DNA of 64,000 bases, taken from positions 124,001 to 188,000 of IMG/VR virus record IMGVR_UViG_3300030107_006644. One strand, 5' to 3'. Positions 30,619-39,516 of this stretch are shown in pieces. The number at the start of each line of letters is the position of its first letter. Position 1 is the stretch's first letter. Position numbers and translations under genes: made by a program. The notes beneath the pieces are model-generated. The model worked only from the letters and a program-made list of their open reading frames with translations, had not been told where the DNA came from and did not search any database.

Positions 30619-31653
30619 GTGAAACAAGTTAAAGCATTTAAGATGTTGATGATGCTGCCACTGTTGTTCTTTACCTCTTGCTTATCAGTGGATTATAGAA
30701 TGACCGGCGAAGGAGAGACATCCGGCGAAAGCCAAATTATCGAGGTGCCAGTTTACATATTGGTAGAGGTGCCGGGCGAAACTGAATATGGGGAAATCTG
30801 GGTAGACTCTTTTGACCAACCTCAGAGCGTTGACGGTGTAGACATTCTATGGGTCATCGACACATCCGGTTCGATGTATAGGTACGACCCCGAGTTGATG
30901 GCTGGTATCGAGGCTATGCTAGAGGCCTTACCAGAGACAGGATGGCGACTAGCTATGGTAAGCAACGATCCAACCAAGGCTTCTGTCGAGGCGCAGTTTC
31001 CTTTGGTGCCGGGCGACGACATTGGTGACGCGATGGATATGTACAATGCCATGGGGCGCGGAGGAAGAGAAGAAGGCTTCGATGCGGCCTATGAGTATAT
31101 CGTAAATAATTCTTATGCCTCCACATGGCTACGTCCAGATGCCGCTTTGTTAGTTGTTTTCGTCTCGGATGAAGAAGAGCAGAGCGACGATCACTTTACA
31201 GACATCGCTGATTTTAAGGCGTGGTATGGCTCTCAGCGAGGAGGCTCTGCATTTCTGGCTAGTATCAACAATGTTGCACAAGCAGACTCGGTATGTGATA
31301 ACCCGCCAAGTTCTATGGATATTGGCGACAGATATATGGAGGCAACCAATTATTTTAGTGGAGTCGTTGTAGACATTTGCGCTGAAGATTGGGCCCCCGG
31401 CGTACAGGATGCGTCAAACCGTCTGGAGCCATATGAGCATATAGAGTTAACATATGTGGTGAGCGATGAGTCCACTATCCGAGTTTTTGTCAACGGAGCG
31501 TTGAACTGGGATTGGTACTATCAGGCGTCTGACAATACCGTGTATTTCACTGTGATTCCGGCAGGCAATGATCATGTGGATGTTGCCTATCATTATGATC
31601 CGGACGATCCGTATGGAAATGGTTCGGGAGACACGGGTGATACGGGAAGTTAA
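30619..31653 (+). CDS. vWA-domain lipoprotein
   Basis: Lipobox FFTSC; MIDAS DILWVIDTSGSM; LRPDAALLVVFVSDEEEQS; GDTGDTGS tail. Confidence 0.8.
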   Translation: MKQVKAFKMLMMLPLLFFTSCLSVDYRMTGEGETSGESQIIEVPVYILVEVPGETEYGEIWVDSFDQPQSVDGVDILWVIDTSGSMYRYDPELMAGIEAMLEALPETGWRLAMVSNDPTKASVEAQFPLVPGDDIGDAMDMYNAMGRGGREEGFDAAYEYIVNNSYASTWLRPDAALLVVFVSDEEEQSDDHFTDIADFKAWYGSQRGGSAFLASINNVAQADSVCDNPPSSMDIGDRYMEATNYFSGVVVDICAEDWAPGVQDASNRLEPYEHIELTYVVSDESTIRVFVNGALNWDWYYQASDNTVYFTVIPAGNDHVDVAYHYDPDDPYGNGSGDTGDTGS

Positions 31654-32217
31654 ACCTTTGGAGACGGCCGAGATGACCGAAGAAGAAAAAAAATGCAGGC
31701 CACCATACCTTAAACTTGTTCACTCAAAGGCGTATGAGCCTCCGGCAGAACCTGAGAAAGTCGAAGAGATAGAGGTTATAGATTTTCACAAACCGTCTCG
31801 TGGTTTTCGCGACATGCTGAATCGAAAGGGCATAGATATGAAAACAATAACTATGGGCTTGGGTGCTATATGTATAATGTGTGCATCAATTGTGTTTATG
31901 ATGACCGTGCTATTGTTGGCTTCCTCTTCTTGACGATTTGCGATAGAGCGAACTATTTATATATTGTGAGGTGTAAGTTGTGGGATAGCTGTGCTAACAT
32001 TGTGTACTTCGGCTTTCGTTTGCTATGTGGCGGCGAGAATCAGGAAATCGTATATGTTGGCAGAGCAAAAAAAGAGACTGTTATCTGAGATGGAACAGAA
32101 GAGGCAACTCTTGGAGAGCTTGGAGAAACTTAAAGCTAAGGCAGCCCGCAGACGAAAAGCCAAAAAGAAAACTTAAAAACCACATCAACATAGTATATGA
32201 TATGAACTGGAGGACAA

Positions 32218-32472
32218 ATGTTTAAATGGTTGCGGCAAAAGCTAGGAATAGTTAGCCAAAAAGAGGTCGATTATTTAATTGCCGAGAACGCACTTTTGAG
32301 AGCTAAGGTGGCGATGTTAGAGAGAGATATTTCAACACTCAGAGGGGAGAATGCCATTCTGATGGAGCGCGAACGAGAACAGCAGAAGCAGGACTCCCGT
32401 GCGATGAAGTCAGTGTTGGAACAACTGGATCTGCTACTTCTCGAAACCTTAGACCCAATTGGAGATGCGTGA
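32218..32472 (+). CDS. Coiled-coil hypothetical protein
   Basis: GGAGG SD; heptad pattern. Confidence 0.6.
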   Translation: MFKWLRQKLGIVSQKEVDYLIAENALLRAKVAMLERDISTLRGENAILMEREREQQKQDSRAMKSVLEQLDLLLLETLDPIGDA

Positions 32473-32909
32473 TGGTGAGAAACAAGAAGCATGCAAAAAG
32501 CGCATGGATCGCAAATAGTTCTTGCGTAGCAAAGCCTTGGGGAGAAGAGATTTCGTGGGCCGCTTTGCCGTCAATACATGGGAAGATGCTTTATATCGAG
32601 GCGGGAACTAGAACCAGCTACAAATATCACAAGAGCAAAAATGAGGTTCTCTTTGTGTTGAAAGGTGAGGCAAAAGTACAGTTTGGCTCCGAATACACAC
32701 TTGAAGATCCGATTGGCTTTCCCTTAAAGCACGCATTACTTGAGCCCGGCCAGTGTCTTAACGTGCAGTCAGGTTGCCCATACCGCATCGAGGCGATTAC
32801 GGATTGCGAAATTGTAGAGATAAGCGATGGGCGCTCCGGAGAATCAGATAAAGTCAGGATCGAAGATGATTATGGGAGAGAAGCAACCTCCAAAGCGCGG
32901 AAAGAATAA
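32469..32909 (+). CDS. Cupin-domain protein (mannose-6-phosphate isomerase-like)
   Basis: KPWGEE, GKMLYI..G.RTS..YHKSKNE, YRIEA..DCEIVEIS, VRIEDDYGR. Confidence 0.8.
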   Translation: MMVRNKKHAKSAWIANSSCVAKPWGEEISWAALPSIHGKMLYIEAGTRTSYKYHKSKNEVLFVLKGEAKVQFGSEYTLEDPIGFPLKHALLEPGQCLNVQSGCPYRIEAITDCEIVEISDGRSGESDKVRIEDDYGREATSKARKE

Positions 32910-33245
32910 ATGAGTAACAACAGCATGGAACTGATAACAGCGGGCGACGAAGATTTAAAGCCAAAGAAGCCTAGTAATCGCGCCCCCGAAGGTATACGGA
33001 CCTTTACTGTCTGTCGCCAGCACGATGAGACTGGTATATCTGGGGAAGGCGTAGTTATTGAAGGCGCGACGTTCGCCACAGGCCATACGGTTATACACTG
33101 GCTCACTCCGGCACCCCGTGGATCAATTGCATTCTTTGATGCTTTTGATGACTTTATCAAGATTCACGTTACCAGCCATCCGAGCAACAACACCATTATC
33201 ACGTTTGAAGATGGCGAACAGACTATTTACGAAGGTAAGAGTTAG
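32910..33245 (+). CDS. Phage hypothetical protein
   Basis: RTF...RQHDETGISGEGVVIEG..F..G..VIHW, a pattern I recognise from other phage proteins. Confidence 0.65.
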   Translation: MSNNSMELITAGDEDLKPKKPSNRAPEGIRTFTVCRQHDETGISGEGVVIEGATFATGHTVIHWLTPAPRGSIAFFDAFDDFIKIHVTSHPSNNTIITFEDGEQTIYEGKS

Positions 33246-33266
33246 TAAGAGAGGTTCGTTTGCGTT

Positions 33267-33515
33267 TTGACTCAACACAACAAGTTTAATATTGGTGACC
33301 TCGTAAAGCTAGTACCGGCGGCAATAGGGTATCCAATGTTTGATGATGCAAAGGAAGCACTTGGTGTTGGCATTGTTATAGAACAGAGGATGCAGGCTCC
33401 AGAATGGGGAGATCCGTCCGGTATTCCCACCTTAATGTATCGTGTGATGTGGAGTGGTACAAATACGAAAAGATGGGAATTCCCCAGTGATTTAGTTAAA
33501 GTCATAGATAAATAG
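33267..33515 (+). CDS. GDLV-family SH3/KOW-like microprotein
   Basis: FNIGDLVKL...GVGIVIE...YRVMW...DLVKV. Confidence 0.65.
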   Translation: MTQHNKFNIGDLVKLVPAAIGYPMFDDAKEALGVGIVIEQRMQAPEWGDPSGIPTLMYRVMWSGTNTKRWEFPSDLVKVIDK

Positions 33516-33518
33516 TAT

Positions 33519-33806
33519 GTGGAGTGCGAACTTACAACTGCTACTGTCGGCATCGGAGATTTGATTAGGTGGGTAAAGCCGCTCTACTATATACAGAATG
33601 GTAAAGAGTATACATTAGAAAACTGGAACTATGCGCTCGTTATTGAGGTTAATATCAAGGTCTACTCTACTTTGGTAGTGCGAAATTTAACCTTGCAACT
33701 GCTTGGCGAACATAGCTCAATGCGTATAGACATATCTCTTGACATGTTGACTGATCTTGGGAAGATAGAGAAATTATGCGAAAGAAAATGGATTTGTATA
33801 GGTTGA
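33519..33806 (+). CDS. GDLV-family microprotein
   Basis: VGIGDLIRW...YALVIEV. Confidence 0.55.
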   Translation: MECELTTATVGIGDLIRWVKPLYYIQNGKEYTLENWNYALVIEVNIKVYSTLVVRNLTLQLLGEHSSMRIDISLDMLTDLGKIEKLCERKWICIG

Positions 33807-33887
33807 GTAGAACTACTTAAATTAAAGGTTCTCTCGAACCGCCGCGCGAAACTTCGCGGAAAATTTTTCAATGCGAGGTGCCAATGA

Positions 33888-34178
33888 GTGTCAATCAGGA
33901 GATTCCGAATCGGAGATTACATACGCTGGGAGTCTGGAATCGAGGCATTCAGCGCAAGTGCGTCGGGCATTGTCCACCCAATCGAGTTCAGATACGACTA
34001 TGGCATCGTGGTAGACATAGCAGAAGGCAATCCGAAGGAGAACGCATCGGACGTTATCATCGCGTATTGTGTCGAAAAGAGAGATTGGATTGTTGCTCAC
34101 GTTGACGATGCAGAATATCGCATGGAACTGGTCAGCCGAGCACCAGAAAAGCCCATTGGTAAAGTCGATGGGAGATGA
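33888..34178 (+). CDS. GDLV-family microprotein
   Basis: FRIGDYIRW...YGIVVDI...MELVSRA. Confidence 0.65.
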   Translation: MSIRRFRIGDYIRWESGIEAFSASASGIVHPIEFRYDYGIVVDIAEGNPKENASDVIIAYCVEKRDWIVAHVDDAEYRMELVSRAPEKPIGKVDGR

Positions 34179-34566
34179 CAAGACGATAGAAGAGAAGCCG
34201 CCTGATGTGTTCGTAGGCGACATGATAAAGTGGAAGGAAGCCGAGTTCTCATATACGCCAAGCGACTACAAGGTTAAACACTACGTCGGAATAGTCGTAG
34301 AGGTGAAGGTGCCGGAAGCTACAGTGCAGGATATAATGTGGAACATATACTATAGTCACAGCTACGACCCATTGGTAGACGAGTATTACCGCAAGAACTT
34401 CTGGGACCAAAGATATGAAGAGGTGCCATGGATTAAGGTGTTGACTATTCAAGGCAAGACCGGAAAGAAGGTGTTTCGCTACCTTTCGATGGAGGATGAG
34501 TTTGAAGTCCTATCGCGAGCTAGTCTGCTGATCCTGCCAACCACGGAGAAGGAGCATGAAGAGTAA
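34168..34566 (+). CDS. GDLV-family protein
   Basis: FVGDMIKW...VGIVVEV...FEVLSRA. Confidence 0.6.
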   Translation: MGDDKTIEEKPPDVFVGDMIKWKEAEFSYTPSDYKVKHYVGIVVEVKVPEATVQDIMWNIYYSHSYDPLVDEYYRKNFWDQRYEEVPWIKVLTIQGKTGKKVFRYLSMEDEFEVLSRASLLILPTTEKEHEE

Positions 34567-34786
34567 CCCCGATGCTTATGACATTGGCGATTACGTCGAA
34601 ATAATGGTGTGTCCGTCCATTGGTGGCGGTGTGGAAGTCTGCTACGGGATTGTAGTGGCTAGCTCATCAAAAAAAACGAGCTATTTAATATACTTGTTTG
34701 ACAAAAATCGCTGGAAGTGGTACAATGATTTTGAGCTTACACTGATGAGCGCAGCGGAAGAGGCAAATGGAACTAGGAAAAAATAG
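34556..34786 (+). CDS. GDLV-family microprotein
   Basis: YDIGDYVEI...YGIVV...LTLMSAA. Confidence 0.6.
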   Translation: MKSNPDAYDIGDYVEIMVCPSIGGGVEVCYGIVVASSSKKTSYLIYLFDKNRWKWYNDFELTLMSAAEEANGTRKK

Positions 34787-35090
34787 CGGCGAAAGGCTAC
34801 AAGTTTACAAATACACGGCAGAAGATGAGAACGGACAGATAGTGTTTTACTACACATACCCCGAGAAAAGCGAGAGAATCGTCAAGAGGGTTGAAGACAA
34901 GATTAAACAAGATGTGATCGTGTTCGATATATTTCCGGGCTTAATCAATGGTGACGAAGAACTAGAAGAGGCAATATGGGTGACAACGCAAATACAAACT
35001 CCCATGTATCTTCCGGCAGGCATGGGCGTAACTATGCATGACTTTGGAACCATACTATACGGAATCGCAGAAGATGACGAAGACTCTTGA
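34767..35090 (+). CDS. Hypothetical protein
   Basis: Preceded by TTGACA(34698)-17 bp-TACAAT(34721). Confidence 0.55.
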   Translation: MELGKNSGERLQVYKYTAEDENGQIVFYYTYPEKSERIVKRVEDKIKQDVIVFDIFPGLINGDEELEEAIWVTTQIQTPMYLPAGMGVTMHDFGTILYGIAEDDEDS

Positions 35091-35141
35091 CATGTTGCTG
35101 ACAACTTTTCCATTGACAGGCGGGTCGTGATGAGCTATATT
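35087..35141 (+). promoter_or_regulatory. Triple-TTGAC early promoter, copy 1
   Basis: TTGACA(35087), CTGACA(35098), TTGACA(35113)-17 bp-TATATT(35136). Confidence 0.85.
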
Positions 35142-35164
35142 ATTAGGGTAAACAGGAGGAAGCC

Positions 35165-35440
35165 TTGAAGGTTGGAGATTTGGTAACGCTTTCATCTTAT
35201 GGTAAGCGCATTAACTATATGGGTAAGTGCATAGCCCAGCGAAAATATAACGGAGGATTTCGTGGCCCGTTGATTGGGCTGGTTATCGCAAAAGTCGAGC
35301 CCACACATTCGTGGGAGAAGCAAATGAAGTATTCGGTTGCATGGATTGATAACTGCGAGTTCAATCCACAAGGTCGAGATAACTGGGTGAAGTATTTTCA
35401 CCGCAAAGACCTTAAGATGGTCAAAAAAGCAAAGAAGTAA
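35165..35440 (+). CDS. GDLV-family microprotein
   Basis: MKVGDLVTL...IGLVI...YSVAW...DLKMV. Confidence 0.7.
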   Translation: MKVGDLVTLSSYGKRINYMGKCIAQRKYNGGFRGPLIGLVIAKVEPTHSWEKQMKYSVAWIDNCEFNPQGRDNWVKYFHRKDLKMVKKAKK

Positions 35441-35450
35441 GGAGATAAAC

Positions 35451-35774
35451 ATGCATAGAACAATGATTATGACAATCGCAACGCTGATGGCAGCAGCAGC
35501 ATACGCAGATGAACCCCCAACAGCGGTCGAAGTGCCAGCTACCGCAACGACACAGCCAGTGCGCGTAGTTACAGGTACGGTTGTCGATTCAATGGGCGGA
35601 TCTGACCTCCACGGGGGATGGGTCAAGGTTCATTTGGATGGTCAGCCCGAAGGACTAATCAACACCTTCAGCGATATTGTCTTTCCGCACACCTGTACCA
35701 CACTCGGTGATAAGTTCTACATCGTCTTTGGTAGCGTTACAACCAGTATTACATGCGGGGAACCAACCAAGTGA
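35451..35774 (+). CDS. Secreted hypothetical protein
   Basis: Signal peptide ending AAYA; AAGGAG SD. Confidence 0.6.
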   Translation: MHRTMIMTIATLMAAAAYADEPPTAVEVPATATTQPVRVVTGTVVDSMGGSDLHGGWVKVHLDGQPEGLINTFSDIVFPHTCTTLGDKFYIVFGSVTTSITCGEPTK

Positions 35775-36073
35775 GAAAGAAACTTAACAAAACCGTGGTG
35801 TGCGCTGATGGGTTCTCCATGAGCGTGCAGGCCAATGGCACCGCTTATTGTCATCCTCGTCAGGAGCATGCAGAGCAGTACACGGAGGTCGAGATCGGCT
35901 TTCCTAGCGAGGAGGAAGAGTTGCTGATGGAGTGGGCAGAGAATCCCAGTGAGCCGACCGATACCGTGTATGCGTGGGTGCCTGCTGGACGTGTTTCGCT
36001 CGTTATCGCAAAGCATGGCGGCATGGTGTCGGGGGAACTTCCTCCCGGCATTCCGCGACTGGAAGCCTGTTGA
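35771..36073 (+). CDS. Phage hypothetical protein
   Basis: VVCADGFSMSVQA...YC.PR...YTEVEIGFPS...VYAWVP. Confidence 0.7.
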   Translation: MRKKLNKTVVCADGFSMSVQANGTAYCHPRQEHAEQYTEVEIGFPSEEEELLMEWAENPSEPTDTVYAWVPAGRVSLVIAKHGGMVSGELPPGIPRLEAC

Positions 36074-36124
36074 CATTTACTTGACAAAGTTTTCCTTGAC
36101 TTTGCGCTCACTGTAGAGTATATT
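36070..36124 (+). promoter_or_regulatory. Triple-TTGAC early promoter, copy 2 (probably leaderless transcript)
   Basis: TTGACA(36070), TTGACA(36081), TTGACT(36096)-17 bp-TATATT(36119); ATG at 36131. Confidence 0.85.
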
Positions 36125-36130
36125 ATTTGT

Positions 36131-36388
36131 ATGAAACGGAAGTTGAACATTGGCGATTTGGTGCGAGTCACCGAGGACACACACGATTCAAGGATGCCTC
36201 CCTCACGCACTGGTCTGATTGTGAGTCAGGTTTGCGAAGAGGCATGGAATGATGAAAAGGTGCCTGTCGGCGTGTTTAACGTATGGATGACGAACGGTGA
36301 AACTCTAAGGTTTCACGAAATGTTCTTGGTAAAGGTCGAAAGGGTCGAAAGGGTCGAAAGGAACGAAGATGAGAAGAGAGAAGATTAA
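36131..36388 (+). CDS. GDLV-family microprotein
   Basis: LNIGDLVRV...TGLIV...FNVW; 9-bp tandem repeat near the 3' end. Confidence 0.7.
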   Translation: MKRKLNIGDLVRVTEDTHDSRMPPSRTGLIVSQVCEEAWNDEKVPVGVFNVWMTNGETLRFHEMFLVKVERVERVERNEDEKRED

Positions 36389-36465
36389 ACGGGCGTTGCG
36401 CCAAACTCTGCGGATCCTAATCCTAGGCTATCCCGCTATTTATTTCTAAACTACTGGAGAAAATC

Positions 36466-36615
36466 ATGGAAATCGGTACTATTGTTCAACACTTTGTGTG
36501 TGATTATCGAGGTCGAATCGTGGCCATGGCCAATGGTCTGGTTCACGTCCTTGTCGATGGCGTTGGCGTTGTGGAAGATCGTGTTGAGAACTTTGTCTTG
36601 TCCGAAGCGGCTTGA
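36466..36615 (+). CDS. GDLV-like microprotein (49 aa, not in ORF track)
   Basis: MEIGTIVQHFVCDYRGRIVAMANGLVHVLVDGVGVVEDRVENFVLSEAA; GGAGA SD. Confidence 0.55.
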   Translation: MEIGTIVQHFVCDYRGRIVAMANGLVHVLVDGVGVVEDRVENFVLSEAA

Positions 36616-36666
36616 CATTTTCTTGACAGGAAACCACTTGACGAATGAGCGTTTGGTGAGTATATT
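36612..36666 (+). promoter_or_regulatory. Triple-TTGAC early promoter, copy 3
   Basis: TTGACA(36612), TTGACA(36623), TTGACG(36638)-17 bp-TATATT(36661). Confidence 0.85.
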
Positions 36667-37296
36667 ATATGGGTAAGCAGGAGAAAGCAAACATGGAACT
36701 TGATACACCTTTTGATAATGCAGCTATCGCATGCGAATGCATTGTAACATCTGTCGCCTTTGCCTCGCAGGTAATCGAGGCGCAGAAGAAACTTCAACTA
36801 CAGCCAGAAGAAAATCGTGAAATGGTTTCTATTCTACTGGAAACCTATGCTATCGCATGGCTGGAAGCAGACGGAGCAGCGCAAGCCTGATGAAGACTGT
36901 AATCGTATTCGACACCGATGATGAAGAGGGCATGCGTAATGCCTTCAAGATCGTTGATCATCTTTCAATGCAGTATCTCAACCAACGCTTGCGTGCGATG
37001 ACTCCAACGGAGATTCGTTTCGGTCGGATCGAGTTTATAAAGATGATCCGTGCATATGCGAAACATATTACAGACGCTCAAAAGGCTGACGCCAAGGTAG
37101 ACATTAACAGTCTTAGATTCAACAAAGAGTATGCTGATAAGATTTGGCAGGAGAAACGCGCAAAGGCACTGATATGAAACACAACGAAGAACCAAAAACC
37201 GATCCACTATTCACTGCATACCTGTGTGTGTGCGTGTTCTGGATGCTCGCTGCTAGTGTCGCAGCGGCAAGTTAAACCTTCCGGCGGAGAAAACCA

Positions 37297-37434
37297 ATGG
37301 CTAAGAAGAAAATCAAAACCATCAAACCTCGCAACTGGCTGGCGCTTCATGCCCGTCGTCGTCGCGGTGGTCCGATGAGGGATCGAAAGAAGGCAGCGAA
37401 CAAGAAGGCATGCCGTGGGAGAGTCCATGCATAA
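37297..37434 (+). CDS. Highly basic 45-aa microprotein (not in ORF track)
   Basis: MAKKKIKTIKPRNWLALHARRRRGGPMRDRKKAANKKACRGRVHA; GGAGA SD. Confidence 0.6.
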   Translation: MAKKKIKTIKPRNWLALHARRRRGGPMRDRKKAANKKACRGRVHA

Positions 37435-37747
37435 GAAGCTGATCGGAGCACTCGTTCGGTTCTTGCCTGTTGGCAACTATCATGAGTTTCACAATGCTGT
37501 GGGTATGGTGACTTCGCATAATAAACCTTCACATGTTCGCGTCAAGTGGATCAAGCCTGTTCACTATGCCGTTCACAGCGAACACTACAAGTTTCATGGA
37601 CCGGCGACGGTTTCGGACTTTGACCTCGACCGGCTTGAAGTGATCAGTAGCGTACTTAGTGACGAGCAGCTTGAAAGCGTTGTCGGTGGTATGAGTCCAG
37701 AAAGTTTTAGTAACTGGCGAGCGGAGAAGTTAAATGAAAGTCGGTGA
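37427..37747 (+). CDS. GDLV-like protein with a C-terminal double-glycine-leader-like extension
   Basis: LIGALVRF...VGMV...VRVKW...LEVISS followed by LSDEQLESVVGG. Confidence 0.65.
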   Translation: MHKKLIGALVRFLPVGNYHEFHNAVGMVTSHNKPSHVRVKWIKPVHYAVHSEHYKFHGPATVSDFDLDRLEVISSVLSDEQLESVVGGMSPESFSNWRAEKLNESR

Positions 37748-37904
37748 TTTGGTTTGGATTGATTGGAATAGTTACCCAGAAGAGGCGTTCACTGCATCCG
37801 GCGTTATCATTAAGGATGAGGGATTTAGCTTCTTTAGGGTCTTGTTTAACGGTGAGCAGAGGGTTTTCCATTCTGATTATCTGGAGGCACTCAATGAAGC
37901 ATAG
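37734..37904 (+). CDS. GDLV-family microprotein (56 aa, not in ORF track)
   Basis: MKVGDLVWIDWNSYPEEAFTASGVIIKDEGFSFFRVLFNGEQRVFHSDYLEALNEA. Confidence 0.7.
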   Translation: MKVGDLVWIDWNSYPEEAFTASGVIIKDEGFSFFRVLFNGEQRVFHSDYLEALNEA

Positions 37905-38082
37905 TGGTGCGCCGAGTGTGGGCGATCTCGTTGTGGCGCTCTATGACGAGCAGCGAGGACTCAAGTGTATCGGCCTTGTTTTAGATTGCCGAGGTATTGA
38001 GTGTCGAATCAAGTGGGCTTCGCGCAGCGACCCTATTGGGTGGTGGAGAAGAGATCAGTTAAGGGTTGTGCATGCCGCTTGA
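37894..38082 (+). CDS. GDLV-family microprotein
   Basis: PSVGDLVV...IGLVLD...RIKW...QLRVV. Confidence 0.65.
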   Translation: MKHSGAPSVGDLVVALYDEQRGLKCIGLVLDCRGIECRIKWASRSDPIGWWRRDQLRVVHAA

Positions 38083-38135
38083 AGTCTTGGCAATAATGGT
38101 TATTTGGATATGTTTTTGGATATTAAGGGAGAAGT

Positions 38136-38339
38136 ATGAAAGTCGGTGATCTCGTTATTATGCCTGATCAGAAGCTGCTGAAGGATGAGCCTGTACCTAT
38201 TGCCGTCGTGCTGCAAACAAAGCATGATGGCATCAACCGAGGCACAAGCCATAAGCGTGTTAGGGTTCACTGGATTCAAGATAATGAAAGATCATGGGAG
38301 CCTGTGAAGTGGCTGGAGGTAATCAGTGCGGTTAGTTAG
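38136..38339 (+). CDS. GDLV-family microprotein
   Basis: MKVGDLVI...VRVHW...WLEVISAVS. Confidence 0.7.
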   Translation: MKVGDLVIMPDQKLLKDEPVPIAVVLQTKHDGINRGTSHKRVRVHWIQDNERSWEPVKWLEVISAVS

Positions 38340-38658
38340 AGACATAAAGTTAGTTAGAGATTTAATCCCTCGCATCATCGAGGAGGAAGGAGGCACATGC
38401 AACAGTCGCACGGTTCACGGGGTCGATGAACACCTTGTCTTTCTTAGAGTCAAGATGATCGAAGAGGTGAATGAGTTTATTGTGGATCCATCTTATGAAG
38501 AGGCTGCAGACATGTTAGAGGTTCTAAAAGCCTTTTGTTTATTAAATGGCTTGGATTTTGATACCGTGGTCAGCACGGCGCAAAGCAAACAAGAGGAGCG
38601 CGGAGGATTTCATCGCGGAGTCATCTTGCAGGAGGTAACAAACAGTGAAGATCGGTGA
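38326..38658 (+). CDS. MazG/PRA-PH-like nucleoside triphosphate pyrophosphohydrolase
   Basis: KLVRDLIPRII, KMIEEVNEF, EEAADMLEV, K.EERGGF. Confidence 0.85.
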   Translation: MRLVRDIKLVRDLIPRIIEEEGGTCNSRTVHGVDEHLVFLRVKMIEEVNEFIVDPSYEEAADMLEVLKAFCLLNGLDFDTVVSTAQSKQEERGGFHRGVILQEVTNSEDR

Positions 38659-38851
38659 CTTGGTAAGATGGTGCGGAAAAATCTGCGTTGTTACGGAGGT
38701 TTATGAAAGCAAGATATGGCGCACCGACAAAATGGGAAAGATGGTGCGTTGGGGAGAGATTGAACCCGAGCCTTTCGCCCGAATCTTGCTTGGCGATGAG
38801 CTGCGTGGTGTGCCGCAAACGGACCTAGAGGTAGTCAGTGGGTGCAGCTAA
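38645..38851 (+). CDS. GDLV-family microprotein
   Basis: MKIGDLVRW...DLEVVS. Confidence 0.7.
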   Translation: MKIGDLVRWCGKICVVTEVYESKIWRTDKMGKMVRWGEIEPEPFARILLGDELRGVPQTDLEVVSGCS

Positions 38852-39090
38852 ATGTAACCATACTTCCCGGCGATCTGCTATGGCAGTTGCGACCTCCGCA
38901 CGGAGTCTGCCTATTGTTGGAGATAAAAGACCTTCCACAAGACGTTCGCTCAATGAAAGGCTGGATTTCTCAAGACTATCCAGTATACAGACTATTACAT
39001 CAAGCTGGGTTCATTTTTGAGGATCCCCATTACTATTACGAGAAGTTAAACCTTAGCCGACAGGAGAAACAAGATGGCAACTTGTATTAA
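38842..39090 (+). CDS. GDLV-like microprotein
   Basis: ILPGDLLW...YRLL. Confidence 0.5.
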   Translation: MQLNVTILPGDLLWQLRPPHGVCLLLEIKDLPQDVRSMKGWISQDYPVYRLLHQAGFIFEDPHYYYEKLNLSRQEKQDGNLY

Positions 39091-39271
39091 ATGTGAAGAA
39101 GAATATAACGATAAGCGACTAGCCCTAGGCTACCGCACATGCTTGGACTGTGGCGGTCGCGATGCCAACAGGATCAGTCGAGCGAGAACAGCACAGGTTC
39201 TCAAGTCAATGACGCCAAATCATTATGAAGGTAGTCCCGAAGACCTGTTCGATAAGCCCGACGAGTCTTGA
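39074..39271 (+). CDS. Small C4 zinc-finger protein
   Basis: CIKC...RLALGYRTCLDC. Confidence 0.65.
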   Translation: MATCIKCEEEYNDKRLALGYRTCLDCGGRDANRISRARTAQVLKSMTPNHYEGSPEDLFDKPDES

Positions 39272-39322
39272 CATTTACTTGACAACTGCACCCTTGACTT
39301 TCCCGGTCAGGGGTGCTATATT
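39268..39322 (+). promoter_or_regulatory. Triple-TTGAC early promoter, copy 4
   Basis: TTGACA(39268), TTGACA(39279), TTGACT(39294)-17 bp-TATATT(39317). Confidence 0.85.
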
Positions 39323-39516
39323 ATAGGGGTAATCAGCAAGGAGTATACAGTGAACTTGACAGAAGATGAAATCGTTGACCTGATCGACTGCGTTAACAAT
39401 CGCATTGATGACCTGATGGACTGCGCCATGTTTGGCGATGCCGTCGAGATTGAGAGCGAGATTGAGAGGATGAATGAACTATCAACTAAACTTAGCGAAG
39501 CATTGGAGGCTTAAAC

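Noticed and set aside
36334-36361. 9-bp tandem repeat (GGTCGAAAG x3) as a phase-variation site
   Set aside because: The unit is a multiple of 3 at the extreme C-terminus (VER x3), so slippage would not change the frame.
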